In this document: in pieces, positions 52,000-64,000 of the stretch
Layout of the letters: every line of letters begins with the position of its first letter
Numbering within the stretch: position 1 is the stretch's first letter
DNA from: Octopus sinensis
Lineage: Eukaryota
DNA: 64,000 bases
Direction of reading: 5' to 3'
Assembly (NCBI RefSeq): GCF_006345805.1
Contig: NC_043002.1
Coordinates: 48,856,001 to 48,920,000 of the forward strand
Position numbers and translations under genes: made by a program
Notes under the pieces: model-generated
What the model was told of the DNA's origin: nothing
Database searches by the model: none
The model's input: only the letters and a program-made list of their open reading frames with translations

Positions 52000-53294
52000 C
52001 AGTACCTGCCCTGATGCAGTACCAGGCAGTGGCTCTCATGCCTTCTGATCTTAACTGATTGGAAGTGTTATCATGTACATTGTTTTGTCTTGGTATAAAA
52101 GATGGGCTACAGCAAATATTCTGCTCAATACCACAGATTTGCTTGTTAGTTGTTTGACCTTAACCAGTTGAGCATGTCCCTTAGTGGCTGACGATATGTG
52201 CATCTCTGATCACGAGCAGAAGTAGTGGGGGAGCATCATAGCCATGTGTTGAGAAGGATTCTTTGGGGTTTGAATAATTCACCTCTGGAAACATGGGTGT
52301 TTCGTTCAACGTCCTTAAATAACCCTTATTCAAGGACCTTTTGAGCGGGATGGGTTACTCGATCTGAAGAAAATTCTAACTGGGCTCCACCTGCAAGGTC
52401 ATGTGCTGTTTATCTTGATATGAGATCACCATGTCGCGCACATATGGTTGTGATGCATGTGCCTGGTGTACCCTTATCAGACGGGTAGTCATGATGGGTA
52501 TACTGGGCTTCGTATATTTTACCCCAGTGTCACTTTGATGGCATGCTCTGCTCGCTCACTCAATAATAATAATTATAATAATAATTATAATAATAATAGT
52601 AATAATAATAATAATAATAAGAAGAAGAAGAAGAAGAAAGTAACTCTCATCCCTATAGTTGTTGGGGCACTGGGAGCATTTTGAAATTTGTTGGAGAAAT
52701 TGGGATTCACATGAAAGTAGATCATGCCTAGAAAATTGCTCTGTCGAGGACAGCAGGGATTTTGAGATCAGTACTTGGACATTAAGTATTGTGGAAAAAG
52801 ACCCTAAGAGATCCTTGACAAAAGGTTGTTGTCTGCTCGTACAGAATTAGCTGGAGCAAGTGACATAAAGAGCTCTGAGAAGTGAAATGCAAATAATAAC
52901 TTGTTATCATAGAGGTACTCAGCTTAGTAAAAAAAAGGAACAGAGAAATTTATAGACATGGTACCATGAAAACCATGCTTAAAAGAAATACAAAAACAAA
53001 AAAGATAATCCTAATGGGCACTTCACGCATTTTATGTAGAGCACTATCACAAAAGATTTAATAGAGCTATAGAATTTTTTATTGAGCTCTCATATGTACA
53101 CTTTTTTTTTTAATAATCCAGTTCTGCACTTTGTGATATCATAGAATCATCAACTGCATTAAATGTGTTTAGAACATCATATCTGTTATCAACTTGTGGT
53201 GTCTGGGTAGTGCCCTGTGGATAATGTATAAACACAACAGATTTCAAGAAAAAAATTCCTTTTTCATAATAATAATAATAATGATAATAACAAC

Positions 53295-53347
<53 letters not shown>

Positions 53348-55750
53348 TTGCTTACCCTTCCATGTTGTCTTCTCCTACATTCCAGTAGCTTGGGATAGGG
53401 TAGACCGACTTAACATCAGCTTCCTGAAGAAAACTAAACAAAATATGGCCTGAAAAACTTTAATACAAGGGTTTTTAAGAACATTTATATATAATCACTT
53501 AAAAATTTTTTGAATTCTTCTGTTGATATTATTAATATGATACCTTTTGTATGTCTTTCAGCATCATTAAGACTTCATTGGTTTTGAGTAAACCAAAGTA
53601 TCCGATTTAGATTTATTTAATATATTCATTTAAAAAAAAAAATGGAAGGATGTGTGATTCGAGCAAGATTTGTCTGCTATTTCTAATTGCTTCTGCAGCC
53701 ACATGGGGACCCCTAATTGTTGTCATTGCAGTCATCATTGTTGCTATCATCATGATTATAACCATCACAGGCAACCTCATCTTTATAATCATTTGTGAAT
53801 TACGTGATTTACGACTGCTTGCTAAAATTGATTATTGAGTAGAATTGAATGATTATTTTCATAAAAGCACAGGTTATTGCTGTTGTTGTTGTTGTTATTG
53901 TTGTTGTTGTTGCCTCAATTTAGCCCCGATTAAAAAATTAAATGGCTTCCCGCTCTAACCATCCCAGCCAGTTAATATTCATCTATTTTTTAATCTTTTA
54001 TTTTCATTTATTTATTTTTTCAGACAACATTTATGGGGCCAAATTATACAGTGTCTGCTGAAATTAAATGCTGAAATATATCTAGAGTGATATCATATAT
54101 GCTTCTGATAAACTTATTTCTCATTGCTGACTAGTAATATATAGTCAATTGAATTGACTCTAGCACTCCTTATATCATTTTTTAGGTAATGACTTTAAAA
54201 TTTGAGCATAACCATATTCTTATTATATTGTTACTATATTTCTGCTGAAATACAATGCTTTTGTTTTAATTAATTTCAAAAATAATGACATATTAAATAT
54301 TATAAATTTGTCATTATCAAACTTGTGTTTAGAACATAAATTAGCATGACATTTTAAAGAAAGGTCTTAATTTACATTACTTTAAACGGGAAGTTTGTTT
54401 AATAGAACCAACTGCAGTCTTTGGCGGGTTGGTATCAAAAGAGTTTAAAAAAGATAAAAACAAAACTATATTCTGTAAGAAATTTACTCTTATATTTTAT
54501 CAGTCTAATGTGTGTGTGTGTGTGTGTGTGTATTTAATTATTTTGTTTACCTATAAGTCATGCTCTAATTCACCTATGGATCTGGTGAATAGGACAAATC
54601 AAAAACTATTCCAATTGAAATGTAAGATATGTTGTGACTGTTAGATAAATAACTGCAGATGTGGTATGATGAATAATAAGTTGAGGAAAGTAAGTTAAAT
54701 CTAGCCTTAACAAAAAGTTAATATATATACAGGAATTAACTGACGGCAGATATGATGCTGATGTAATTTGAGAGTTGCAATACTGCAGATCAGCACATCC
54801 GAGGATCAAAATGAGGATTCTTGTTGGAAAGTTTAATTAATGACTCCATCAATGCAATTTCTTTGACAAAATAGATATTTTGGGAAGATTCTGTTTCAAT
54901 TTCAAACCCTAATTTTTGGTCTTATCTTCTTTTAGGATATTTTATTACCACACCATGATCAATGTTTCAAAGGGCGCAGCCTTTTCTCTTATCTTGTTGT
55001 CTGAAAGAAACATCTGTTTATTATTTGCATAGCAAACATCTTAGAGCTGTTTTTACTTAAGATGTCTGAATAATTTCAATGTATTTTGATAAAACTTGTA
55101 AATAGCCATTCATAATATGTTGCAATAATTTGTGCTGAATCATTTCCTAACCTTTCTTTGCAACTTCTTTGTCAAGAAACAAGATTTGGCAACTGTATAA
55201 AGTTTTAGATAAAAAAATTTGAGAGAAAAAAAAATGTTTGAAGAAATTCCTTATTATTTTACACAAATAAAAACAGCAATGATAATGTCACAAATATGAT
55301 TAAATTAATTTACTTTGTAAATAAAATAGCTTAATTAAGATTTCATAAAGATTTGAAATTATTTGCTTGTTGTATAACAATTATGTGATTTGTATATATT
55401 GGTTATGTCTTCACTGTTACCCAATGAAATTCATTATTTAACACCATTAAAAAAACTTCCAGCTTCCCTGTTTGTGCCTCAACAAACTCAATACTAAATA
55501 TTCTATAATCTTTCCTGTCTCTCATAGACTATCTGGAGCCATTTAGTCAAGTCTGGGTGGTTTTCTTTGCTGGTTCATTATAAGGCTATCTTTCGTTTGG
55601 CACTACTAATATTAGCACAGCATTGACATTACAGATATTTGTTAGATAACTCTTACCTGATCTTCAGATTACATATCAATTCTAAGATTAAAGGGGCAAT
55701 TGTTGGTGTTAGTAGCACAGATATATTACTATAGCTTCTTAATGAAGAAG
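43869..55750 (-). CDS. Putative spliced gene B: exons 55750-55657, 55192-55152, 55000-54954, 53423-53356, 50554-50499, 50122-50078, weaker 44125-44086 and 43953-43869; product unrecognised
   Basis: Six consecutive exons with good acceptors and donors (GTAAGA, GTTAGG, GTGTGG or GTAATA, GTAAGC, GTATGT, GTATGT) join in frame: SSLRSYSNISVLLTPTIAPLILELICNLKIS|CQILFLDKEVAKKD|NKIREKAAPFETLIM|EADVKSVYPIPSYWNVGEDNMEG|CQQIIPCQTLSQHGICQRE|RLEYLPSVVSNRPG. Possible continuation HKYFHLDEHFPGGS|PGVHQPLRPKVLEQIHCLAKTG. Upstream exons are unresolved. Confidence 0.65.
45110..45935 (+). mobile_element. RTE-related 3'-end element containing ~7 diverged ~66-bp tandem units (45337-45775) and a (GAT)n tail
   Basis: Unit ccagtgccccctgactggctcctgtgc.ggtggcatgtaaaaagcaccatctgaatgtgg..gatg. 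Tail aacccatgccaacatggaaaatggacgttaaacgatgatgat. Confidence 0.8.
46002..46836 (+). mobile_element. CR1-clade LINE 3' end with (CTAA)n tail, inserted into a SINE family 2 copy
   Basis: ORF 45965-46750: KDLGILVD..LYVTLVRPILEY..LERVQKLATRMV..SYEERL..RRRGDLI..FSVRVADPWNKLP. SINE halves flank both ends. Confidence 0.92.
48714..48757 (-). ncRNA. Type-I hammerhead ribozyme motif in a PLE end fragment (~48540-48790)
   Basis: CCAC-CUGAAGA-A-UGUC-AGUAGCA-GACA-G-GAAA-CAAUUG-UA-GUGG: intact core, 4-bp stems I and II, palindromic stem III. Confidence 0.75.
48808..49320 (-). mobile_element. Non-autonomous Helitron
   Basis: Minus strand starts A|TCTATATATATAAAA and ends CCCGAGCAACGCCGGG hairpin + CTAG|T. 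CpG-rich, so probably young. Confidence 0.88.
51525..51945 (-). mobile_element. Two SINE family 1 copies (CpG-decayed) in (AAT)n
   Basis: gttgacctcagcagaatttga cores. Confidence 0.85.
51998..52561 (+). mobile_element. Non-coding interspersed repeat flanked by (AAT)n on both sides
   Basis: Sharp boundaries in AAT arrays. A non-autonomous R4/Dong-mobilised element is my inference. Confidence 0.55.
52640..52885 (+). mobile_element. Degraded R4/Dong 3' fragment
   Basis: VTLIPIVVGALG C-terminal motif. Confidence 0.7.
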
Positions 55751-55990
55751 CTGTGTAAATACAGTAGTAAACCAACTTCTTTAAATATTAATCAGTCTTC
55801 ACTTTTGAATATACAGCCTTTATAATATGTTATTAACTAAATGTAAGGAATGCAAAACATTGAGAATATCAAAGTTTGCAAAAAACAAAACAGCATAGTA
55901 ACCAAATATTTTTCATATTACATCTGACCGATTTAAAAAGAACAAAGTGAATAATGTAGTCTTAGACTCACTGTGTCTACAGATAATAAT

Positions 55991-56050
<60 letters not shown>

Positions 56051-56369
56051 CATAGTAATAATTATAATAATAATAATAATAATAATGATTTCAAATTTTG
56101 GCACAAGGCTAGCAATTTTGGGGGAGGGTATAAGTCTTTTAGATGGACCCCAATTGTTGAACTGGTACTTCCTTTATCGACCCCAAAGGAATGAAAGGTA
56201 AAGCTGACCTTGGCGGAATTTGAACTCAGAATGTGAAGATGGATGAAATGCTGCTAGGCATTTTGCCCAACTTGCTAATGATTCTGTCAGTTCACCACCT
56301 TAACAACAACAACAAAAGCAACGAGGATGATGATGATGATGATGATGATAATGATGATAATGATGATGA

Positions 56370-56760
56370 TTTCTTTTATTAAACATAAGGGCATAAGTGA
56401 AGGGAGCATCACAAGGACAGTCTATAATTTGTGTGGTAGTTTACATAAAAGATAAGGAGAAAGAAATGGAAAAGATAGTGAAATGAAATAAAAAGATATG
56501 TAATATACAAAGTATGTAATAACATAGATGATGCAATCCTCCTGATACTGGAAAGACTCCAACTAGAACCAATCAATGAACTGAACTGCACAAGTACAGG
56601 ATTACCTTGACCACCAAAGGCATAAGTCCTTACCCAACTGTTGCTGTGTGCTGTGCAATTTACAGGTGCATGCTTACAGTAGGGCCATTCACCTAATCAT
56701 TTTTGCTACAGTCACCCATCTTTTCACAAATTCACTGAGAGGTAGCACTTCCCCTTCTGC
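56370..56760 (-). mobile_element. Second Tx1-like LINE 3' fragment
   Basis: EGEVLPLSEFVKRWVTVAKMIR-VNGPTVSMHL* parallels the C-terminus at ~340-450. Tail taataaaaagaaa. Confidence 0.7.
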
Positions 56761-57308
56761 TGTCACAGTAATAATAATTGTTTTCAATTTGGATATAAGG
56801 TCAAGAATTTTAGGAAGATGGAGTAAGTCGATTACTAGTGCTCAACTTGTATTGACCCTGAAAGGAGGAAAGGGAAAATTGACTTTGGTGGCATTTGAAC
56901 TCAGAATGTTAAGAGCCAGAAAAAATGCTTCTGAGCATTTTATCCAGCACTGCAATGATTCTGCCAAATGGTTGCCCAAGGTGCCATGCAGTGGGACTGA
57001 GCCTGTAACCATGTGGTTGGTAAGCAAGCTACTTACCTCACAGCCAATCATAATAATAATCCTTTCTACTAAAGGCACAAGGCCTGAAATTTTGGGCAAA
57101 GAGATTAGTCAATTACATCGACCCCAGTGTTTCACTGGTACTTAACTTATCAAACCTGAAAGGATGAAAGGCAAAGGTAAAGGCAACTGTAGCGGAATTT
57201 TAACTCAGAATGTAGCAATGGGCAAAATACTGCTAAGCATTTTGTCCAGCATACTAACAACTCTACCAGCTCACCACCTTAATGATGATGGTAATAATAA
57301 TAATGATG

Positions 57309-57354
<46 letters not shown>

Positions 57355-57379
57355 GAAGAAGAAGAAGAAGAAGAAGAAG

Positions 57380-57972
57380 GAATATATTCACAGACATGAC
57401 AGAGTTGGAACCTACATACACTGGAAGCTATGCCAACATTATGGAATAACAACAGAAAAAAGATGGTATAGGTACACACCAGAAAAGGTCACAGAAAATG
57501 AGAAAGCAACCATACTCTGGGATATGCCGATACACACAGATAGAGAAATTAAGGCCAACAGACCAGATATAGTTATCAGAGATCATGAAGGAAAAAAATG
57601 CTTTCTAACTGATGTATCAATACCGGCAGATGACAACGTGTCTCTAAAAGAAATGGAGAAACTTTCAAAATACAAAGACCTGGAATTGGAGGTAACCAGA
57701 ATGTGGAATCTAAAAACAGAAACAATTCCTATCATAGTAGGTGCATTAGGCATGATAAAAAAATATTCAGACAAATACATAACAAAAACACCAGGACTTA
57801 CAAACACATATAACATACAGAAAATTGCACTACTAGGCACTGCACACATCCTACGCAGAACACTTTCCATACAATAACCATCAGAGCATCACAATAAATC
57901 ACAGCACATACCCAAGGCACACAGAGCTGCGCTCGGTAGTGAAGTGAAAGCACGCTATAAAAAATAAAACTA

Positions 57973-57976
<4 letters not shown>
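57380..57976 (+). mobile_element. R4/Dong-clade LINE 3' end (restriction-like endonuclease) in an (AAT)n target
   Basis: YIHRHDRVGTYIHWKLC..ILWD..ANRPDIVIRD..DVSIP..EKLSKYKDL..PIIVGALG..QKIALLGTAHILR. (AAT)n on both sides. Confidence 0.92.
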
Positions 57977-58013
<37 letters not shown>

Positions 58014-61000
58014 TAACAATAATAATAATAATAATAACCTTTTCTATTATAGGAACAAGATCTGAAATTATGGGAAAAGGGACTAGTTGATTACATTGAC
58101 CTCAGGGCTCAACTAGTGCTTATTTCATTGGCCCCGAAGGGATAAAAGACTAAGTTGACCTTGGGAGAATTTGAACTCAAAATGTAAAAATGACTAAAAT
58201 GTCTCTAAGCATTTTGTCTGGCTTGATAGCAATTCTGCCAGCTCACCACCTTAATAATTATAATAACAATAATAATAATAACAACAACAACAATAAATTA
58301 TTACTTTTGGCTGGAATACCTTTAATCATAGATCTACTGAATCAGAGTTGATCTGCCACTAATTTAGTAGCAAATGAAGAAGGTTATTGTTTTAACCAGA
58401 CACTTTGCAAATTTGATGGCAACATACAATATATCAATTCATCAGCTGTGCGATATTCTTTCATTATTGTTGTTGTTGTTGTTATTATTATTTTACTGGT
58501 TTCACTTATTGTACTTTGGCCATACTGGGGCACTGCATCCAAGAGGTTTAACCAGTTATATTGAGTATTTATCTCAATATTTATTTCAGTCTGGTAGTTT
58601 GTGTTTTTTATCGATCTCTATGTATCAAATGACTTAGTCACCTTTTTATGTAACCCACTTTTTACCCCAATATGCACAAGCATAGATGCACACACACATG
58701 TAGAATAATAGAATTCTGGGAAACAGTTGGTGGTATCACTGCATCAGTGCAAAAACTGTATCATTTCTACTTTAAGCACAAGGCCTGAAATTTTGGATCA
58801 ACTCCAATATGCAACTGGTACTTAATTTATTGACCCCGAAAGGATGAAAGGCAAAGTCGAACTTGGCGGAATTTGAACTCAAAACATGAAAACAGATGAA
58901 ATACCTATTCCTTTATTACCCACAAGGGGCTAAACATGGAGGAGACAAACAAGGACAGACAAATGGATTAAGTTGATTATATCGACCCCAGTGCATAACT
59001 GGTACTTATTTAATCGACCCCAAAAGGATGAAAGGCAAAGTTGACCTCAGCAGAATTTGAACTCAGAACGTAGCAGCAGATGAAATACCGCTAAGCATTT
59101 CGCCCGGCGTGCTGACTTTTCTGCCAATTCACCACCTTGTGTAAAAATATTGTATCTATAGGTAAAATATAAAGCTTCTTAGGTGTGCATATTATTGAAA
59201 GGGTTTCCAACATTTAAAACTATTCGTTGTTTGAAAGAGCAAAAAATGATTTATTTTTATTTTTAATCTGACAGAATTAGTTATTGATCATGCATGGGAG
59301 GAAAGTGGTTGGAGAGAGGAAAGAAATTTTGGTAAAGAGTGAAGTTAATGGTGACAATGAGGGGATGAAAAGAAGAAGGATGTGGGGATAGGAATGGGAA
59401 GGGAGTGGAAGATTATTGGCCTGTTTTAAGTAAGGTGAGGGTGGTTTGCATTGGCCAGGTCAGTGACCTGTAGACAGCTTGTCAACAACTTTATACATTC
59501 ACATGCTTGTACAGACATATACATGCAAATCATCAAAATCTAGCTATTTGCTACAAAATATTCTTACAAAGGTACACGCATATACGGGAACATGTATAAC
59601 AGGCATTAACATAAATAGGATCACACATACATAAGAATAGTTATAAACAAACTTCATATCTTCATGGCCTTACACACATGTGCATACACATTTAAGGATA
59701 AATGATCAATCTCACAGTAATTAACATAATTAACAATATGTGTATGTGTATGACACTTGCATACATGCAAATATAAATACCCATGCAGTAACAAGCAAAT
59801 TCACATATATACATTGAGACTTAGATTGTTGCTCAGTTTACTGGGACCATTCAACCCAGCCCTCTATCATCACTCTGTTTATGACTTTTTAGCATGAGAA
59901 GTCACTAATAAAAATGTCAACACTTCAATAATTGGGCTGAATTATTAATCCAATAACCATTGAAATACCTCTGTGCAGTAAAAGACAATAACACTCATTC
60001 TGTGTGAATAACTTCATGTTTTATTCCAGTGTGTGATAAATGAATATGTACAGTGAGTATACTATGTTCAATAAAAATTTCTGAGAAGAAGAAAGGTTTT
60101 GAACAACTTGCCATGTTCCATGATGACTTTGAGTAAAATAGAAATAAATCAAGCTATGAGATTTACTTTCCGCTAGATGTTGATACCATGATGAGCTTTT
60201 GGTAAGAAACCAGATATTGAATTCATGTGCCTCGCTCTCTATAGGTCGCAGTGGATCTTGTCATATCTCGAAGAAGCAGTTAGAGAAGAGAAGCTGATTT
60301 AAGCAGGAATGCCTCTTAAATAGGTAATGTGCTACTGGTGACCTCCTGTGTGTTATTTTGAAGTTATGCATAGTACATTAGCAAAGGGGAGTTAATCATG
60401 TTTGCCTAGAATTTTCTGAAATCTTTTTGATCAGGAGAGATAACTGTCTTTGACTCCCAATGAATATTTTGTGGGCTTGCAAATCTGTCTCAGTTAGCAT
60501 TGCCTACAACTTCAGTGGAGCCATCACCCTTACCAGATAGCAATTTACACTAATTCGTTCCACTCAGTCCTAGTATTCACTTCTTCCCTATCTGGCCTGG
60601 CACTTCTATCAGCTTCCAAGATATCTCTATCATTATTGACAACCTCTGTCTGTCTACTTCTGTTCACTACAAGCTCACTGCCATTTCTATATCCATTGTT
60701 TCTCTTCTCACCCCTGAAACATTGAACTCACCATCCCATTCCTGCAGTTCCTATGACTACTCTAGCTGTGCAGCACTATTTTGACCCTCTTGATGCATAT
60801 ATATTAATGGTGATAAATGTATGAGTAAACCTTAGTTATATCTACATACTCATTTGCATGTCAGTATGGGTTTCATGCATACACATTTATTTACTGATAA
60901 GTTCTAGGGTTATATGTTCTAAGTAAACTTATTGTTTACAACAAACTTGAATATCATATTATGGACCACAACAAGGTCAAATAAGCAATGCAGAAACTTG

Positions 61001-62524
61001 ATTTGTATTATGTACATTTTATTTTTATTTGTTTGGTCTGGAGGAAGTGGATGTATATATGACCTTTGCTGGCCTTTCAAGGTTGACGAGATTGATGTTG
61101 TTAGTGTTCCTATTGAACAGGTGCAAATTGATTGCTGCAGGAAAACCATTTAGAGGGAGAAAATTCCTCAGGAGAGATGAGGCAAGAATGTGGAACAACA
61201 CTAGTGGGCTCTGAGAAGCATAGGCCACTTTAATAATAATATGCTGCCACACACTATTGAAAATGACTTGGTATCAGTATGTAACCTGCTTTGACTAGTA
61301 GTTTTATATCCCAGTGTAGTTGTAAGCACACACAGATATACAAAACCTCTTTTCCAACCACCCACCCACCCTGAATCCTATGGAATATCGAGTATATGAC
61401 AACTGAGAAGAGAGAAAGGGCTTTACTAGCACTTGACTGGTACACAACTTATCAACTCAAAAAGGAAAAAACCAAAGTTGACCTTGGTGTTATATTGTAA
61501 ACTTAGAGTGCAATGAACTGGGAAATTTACTACCAGGCATTTTATCTAATGTTCTAATAAATCTGTAAATGCTCTGTTTTATAAAGACACAGTAGAAATG
61601 ATAGAAAAGGTTAGAGAAGAAACAGTTCACCTACAGGCTGGAGTCTGTTGTGTGTTAATGAGTGATGTAGTGAGTGAATGACCTTTCTTTGGAAGTGGTC
61701 TAAGATGCTTTTGTATGTAGCAGCAACACCATCTCAGATGGAGGAGTAATACTCTACCATGGGTTTCTCATGAGCTTTGTAGAGAATTAGTAGTTGCTGG
61801 TCTAAAAATAAAGGCTGGATTTTATGATGAAGATTTTACTATGCTGAGGAGATACATTTTGTCTGGAAAGACCCTTAGTAATGATCAAAGCTAGCGTTTG
61901 TTGAACCTTGAAGGCTCTAATCGTGTACTGTTCATGTTTTGGTTGGTGCATAATGTTTTTGATTGCATATTTTATACAATCATGTTTTGCTAAGTGCAGT
62001 AATGTTTGTATGTATATATATATACAACTTGATGTATGTGTGTACCTGTGTATGTAAGTGTGTCTCTATATATGTGTATGCATATGTATGAATATTTTGC
62101 TGCCAGCAGCTATATTTCAATGATTTGTATGTTTGTGTATGTAGAGACATGAATATGGTTAATACTATTGACAAGCTGTCTGCAGGTCATTGACCTAGCC
62201 TCCTTCTTATGTTCTCCAAGCCAGTAATCCTCCCCTTCCTTTTTAGCTCTAATGTTTCTATTCTTTATCATTCTCATTCTCTCCCCACCACCAAACTCAT
62301 TCTCTCCCAAATTCTCTTCCTCTCTTCAATCATTTTCCTCCAACGCATGTGCAATAACGAATTTTTTATCCTTTCCAGTAAGTTTTTACACTTTTACAGT
62401 CACATGGACTAAAAATGAACAAAAACTTATCTTATTCTCCAGCGAATGACCCAGTCTGAACCATGAGAAACACTTCTGCTAAAAGCATATAAACTTAAGT
62501 GACATTATAGCATACCTGTACAAA

Positions 62525-63012
62525 GGTGCAGGCATTGCTGTGTAGGTGCAGGGATGGCCGTCTGGTAAGAAGCTTGCTTTCCAGCCACATGGTTCCAGGT
62601 CCAGTCCCACTGCATCACACTTTGGGCAAGTGTCTTCTATTATAGCCTTGGACAGAGCAAAGCCGCATGAGTGGATTTGGTAGATGGAAACTGAAAGAAG
62701 CCTGTCATATGTGTATGTGTGTGTATGTGTATGTGTGTGCATGTATTTGTGTATGTGTGTGTGTGTTTGTGTGCATATATTTGTGTGTGTGTCTTTGTGC
62801 TTGCGTTTGTCCACCAAACTATCACTCGACAACCGATGTTGGTGTATTTATGTCCCTATAACTTAGCAGTTTGGCAAAAGAGACTGATAGAATAAGTATT
62901 AGGCTTACAAAGAATAAGTTCTGGGGTTGATTTCATCGAGTTAAACCCCTTTAGGGTGGTGTTCCAGCATGGCTGCAGTCAAATGACTGAAACAAGTAAA
63001 AGAGTAAAAGAG
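62525..63012 (+). mobile_element. SINE family 2 full-length copy
   Basis: Head, internal TG repeat and gactgaaacaagtaaaagagtaaaagagta tail. Confidence 0.85.
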
Positions 63013-64000
63013 TATGCATATCTATATACTAAGGCAAAGGTCAACTTGGAAGTACATTAGAAAACATTTGCCAAATATGCCATACAGTGACATCAAAACT
63101 GGATCCACATGGTCACAAAGTAAACTTCTTTATCACATAATCATGCTTGAACCTAAAAGTATGAATATGTTTTCAGAATGAAGCTTTATTTAGTTCCTTC
63201 CATTCCTCATGGAACATTGACTAAGAAGAGAGCTACATTTCCATGGTTGCAAACTTTGTTTGAGCCTGTTCTTATAGCAGGTTTATATGCGCCAGGTTCT
63301 CATACACACTCCTCAACCATATCTTGAAAGGTCTGCCTCACTTCTAATGTACCTCCACCAGCTCTGCTTCAATTTGAGTGAGAGGTTCTCATAGCACTCT
63401 TCATGCACAAACATTACCCCATAGCTGAGCAACTTACACAATCATACACATGGTATCTTGCAGGTTACTCATCCTGTCTCTTTTCATGATTACTTCATTC
63501 TTGCTGCGGTTATACCAAGAAACTCCTAGTATAGTCCTAAGATAATATCTATGGGAGACATCTGCAGTTCAGTTGAGTCTGCTGGTCATTTTCATGGCTA
63601 GCAGACATAAGAGTGAAGGATTTTAACAAAAGTGTTTTGTAATAATAGTGAAAACAAAATAAGAGTTACATAATTTAAATCAATTTTAGAATGTGCATGC
63701 TTTGCTGGATACCTTTTAGTTGACTGAGTTGTTAATTAGCCCTGAGTTTGTCCCAGGTCAGCATTGACTTGAGGTCAAACCTGAGAAAAGTTTACCTTTC
63801 ATCTACTTCAAGCTATAACATCACTACCAAGCACCCATTCTTAGGAGTCTTCACAGGGTTTACAGGAAAACAGTTTGGTTATTGGTGCCATGCCATCCCC
63901 TAATTCTCCTTTCCATACAATCATGCAAACTTTCCACTCACACACTTCTGCTCATCTTGTGCCTTGTGGGGTCACCTGGTTAACCTCATCATCATTATCA

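Larger units (their letters stand above)
56085..59140 (-). mobile_element. SINE family 1 copies at ~56085-56302, 56790-56970, 57060-57280, 58035-58252 and 58765-59140
   Basis: Family-1 core on the minus strand, each adjoining (AAT)n. Confidence 0.85.

Noticed and set aside
54780-55200. Possible ancient LINE RT (KA..FE.IDH-like words)
   Set aside because: Motif spacing is inconsistent; the spliced-exon interpretation explains the region better.
54550-55620. Plus-strand acceptors at 54733, 54936 and 55528
   Set aside because: Frames close quickly and lack good donors; no in-frame chain could be built.
56616-56700. Apparent minus-strand exon EWPYCKHAPVNC...AFGGQ, phase-compatible with gene B
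   Set aside because: The segment is the C-terminus/3'UTR of a Tx1 LINE fragment; exonisation is unsupported.

Overview
AT-rich eukaryotic genomic DNA, very probably from an octopus (inferred from the recurring tRNA-derived SINE families and the microsatellite load; not database-verified). Most of the window is transposon-derived. Retroelements include Tx1/L1, RTE, CR1, R4/Dong and HERO-like LINE fragments, two recognisable Penelope-like elements (one Neptune-type, one Nematis-like) plus several PLE end fragments, and dozens of SINEs. DNA elements include a pogo transposon, hAT/Tigger/mariner MITEs and a non-autonomous Helitron. Most listed ORFs are microsatellite or TE artefacts. By reading splice signals I found two chains of small, phase-compatible minus-strand exons: gene A (about 21.3 kb down to possibly 1.3 kb) and gene B (about 55.8 kb down to about 43.9 kb). 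I cannot name either product. Both appear to lie in CpG-decayed domains that flank a CpG-retaining central domain (about 20.5-41 kb) containing a promoter-like segment at 35.4-38.8 kb. The most interesting signals are at least seven type-I hammerhead ribozyme motifs from several PLE families (including an A6U core variant, long stem-II insertions and two lying sense within putative introns) and a ~55-nt 3' tail shared between a Tx1-clade LINE and the dominant SINE. I found no well-supported wholly new multi-gene system.
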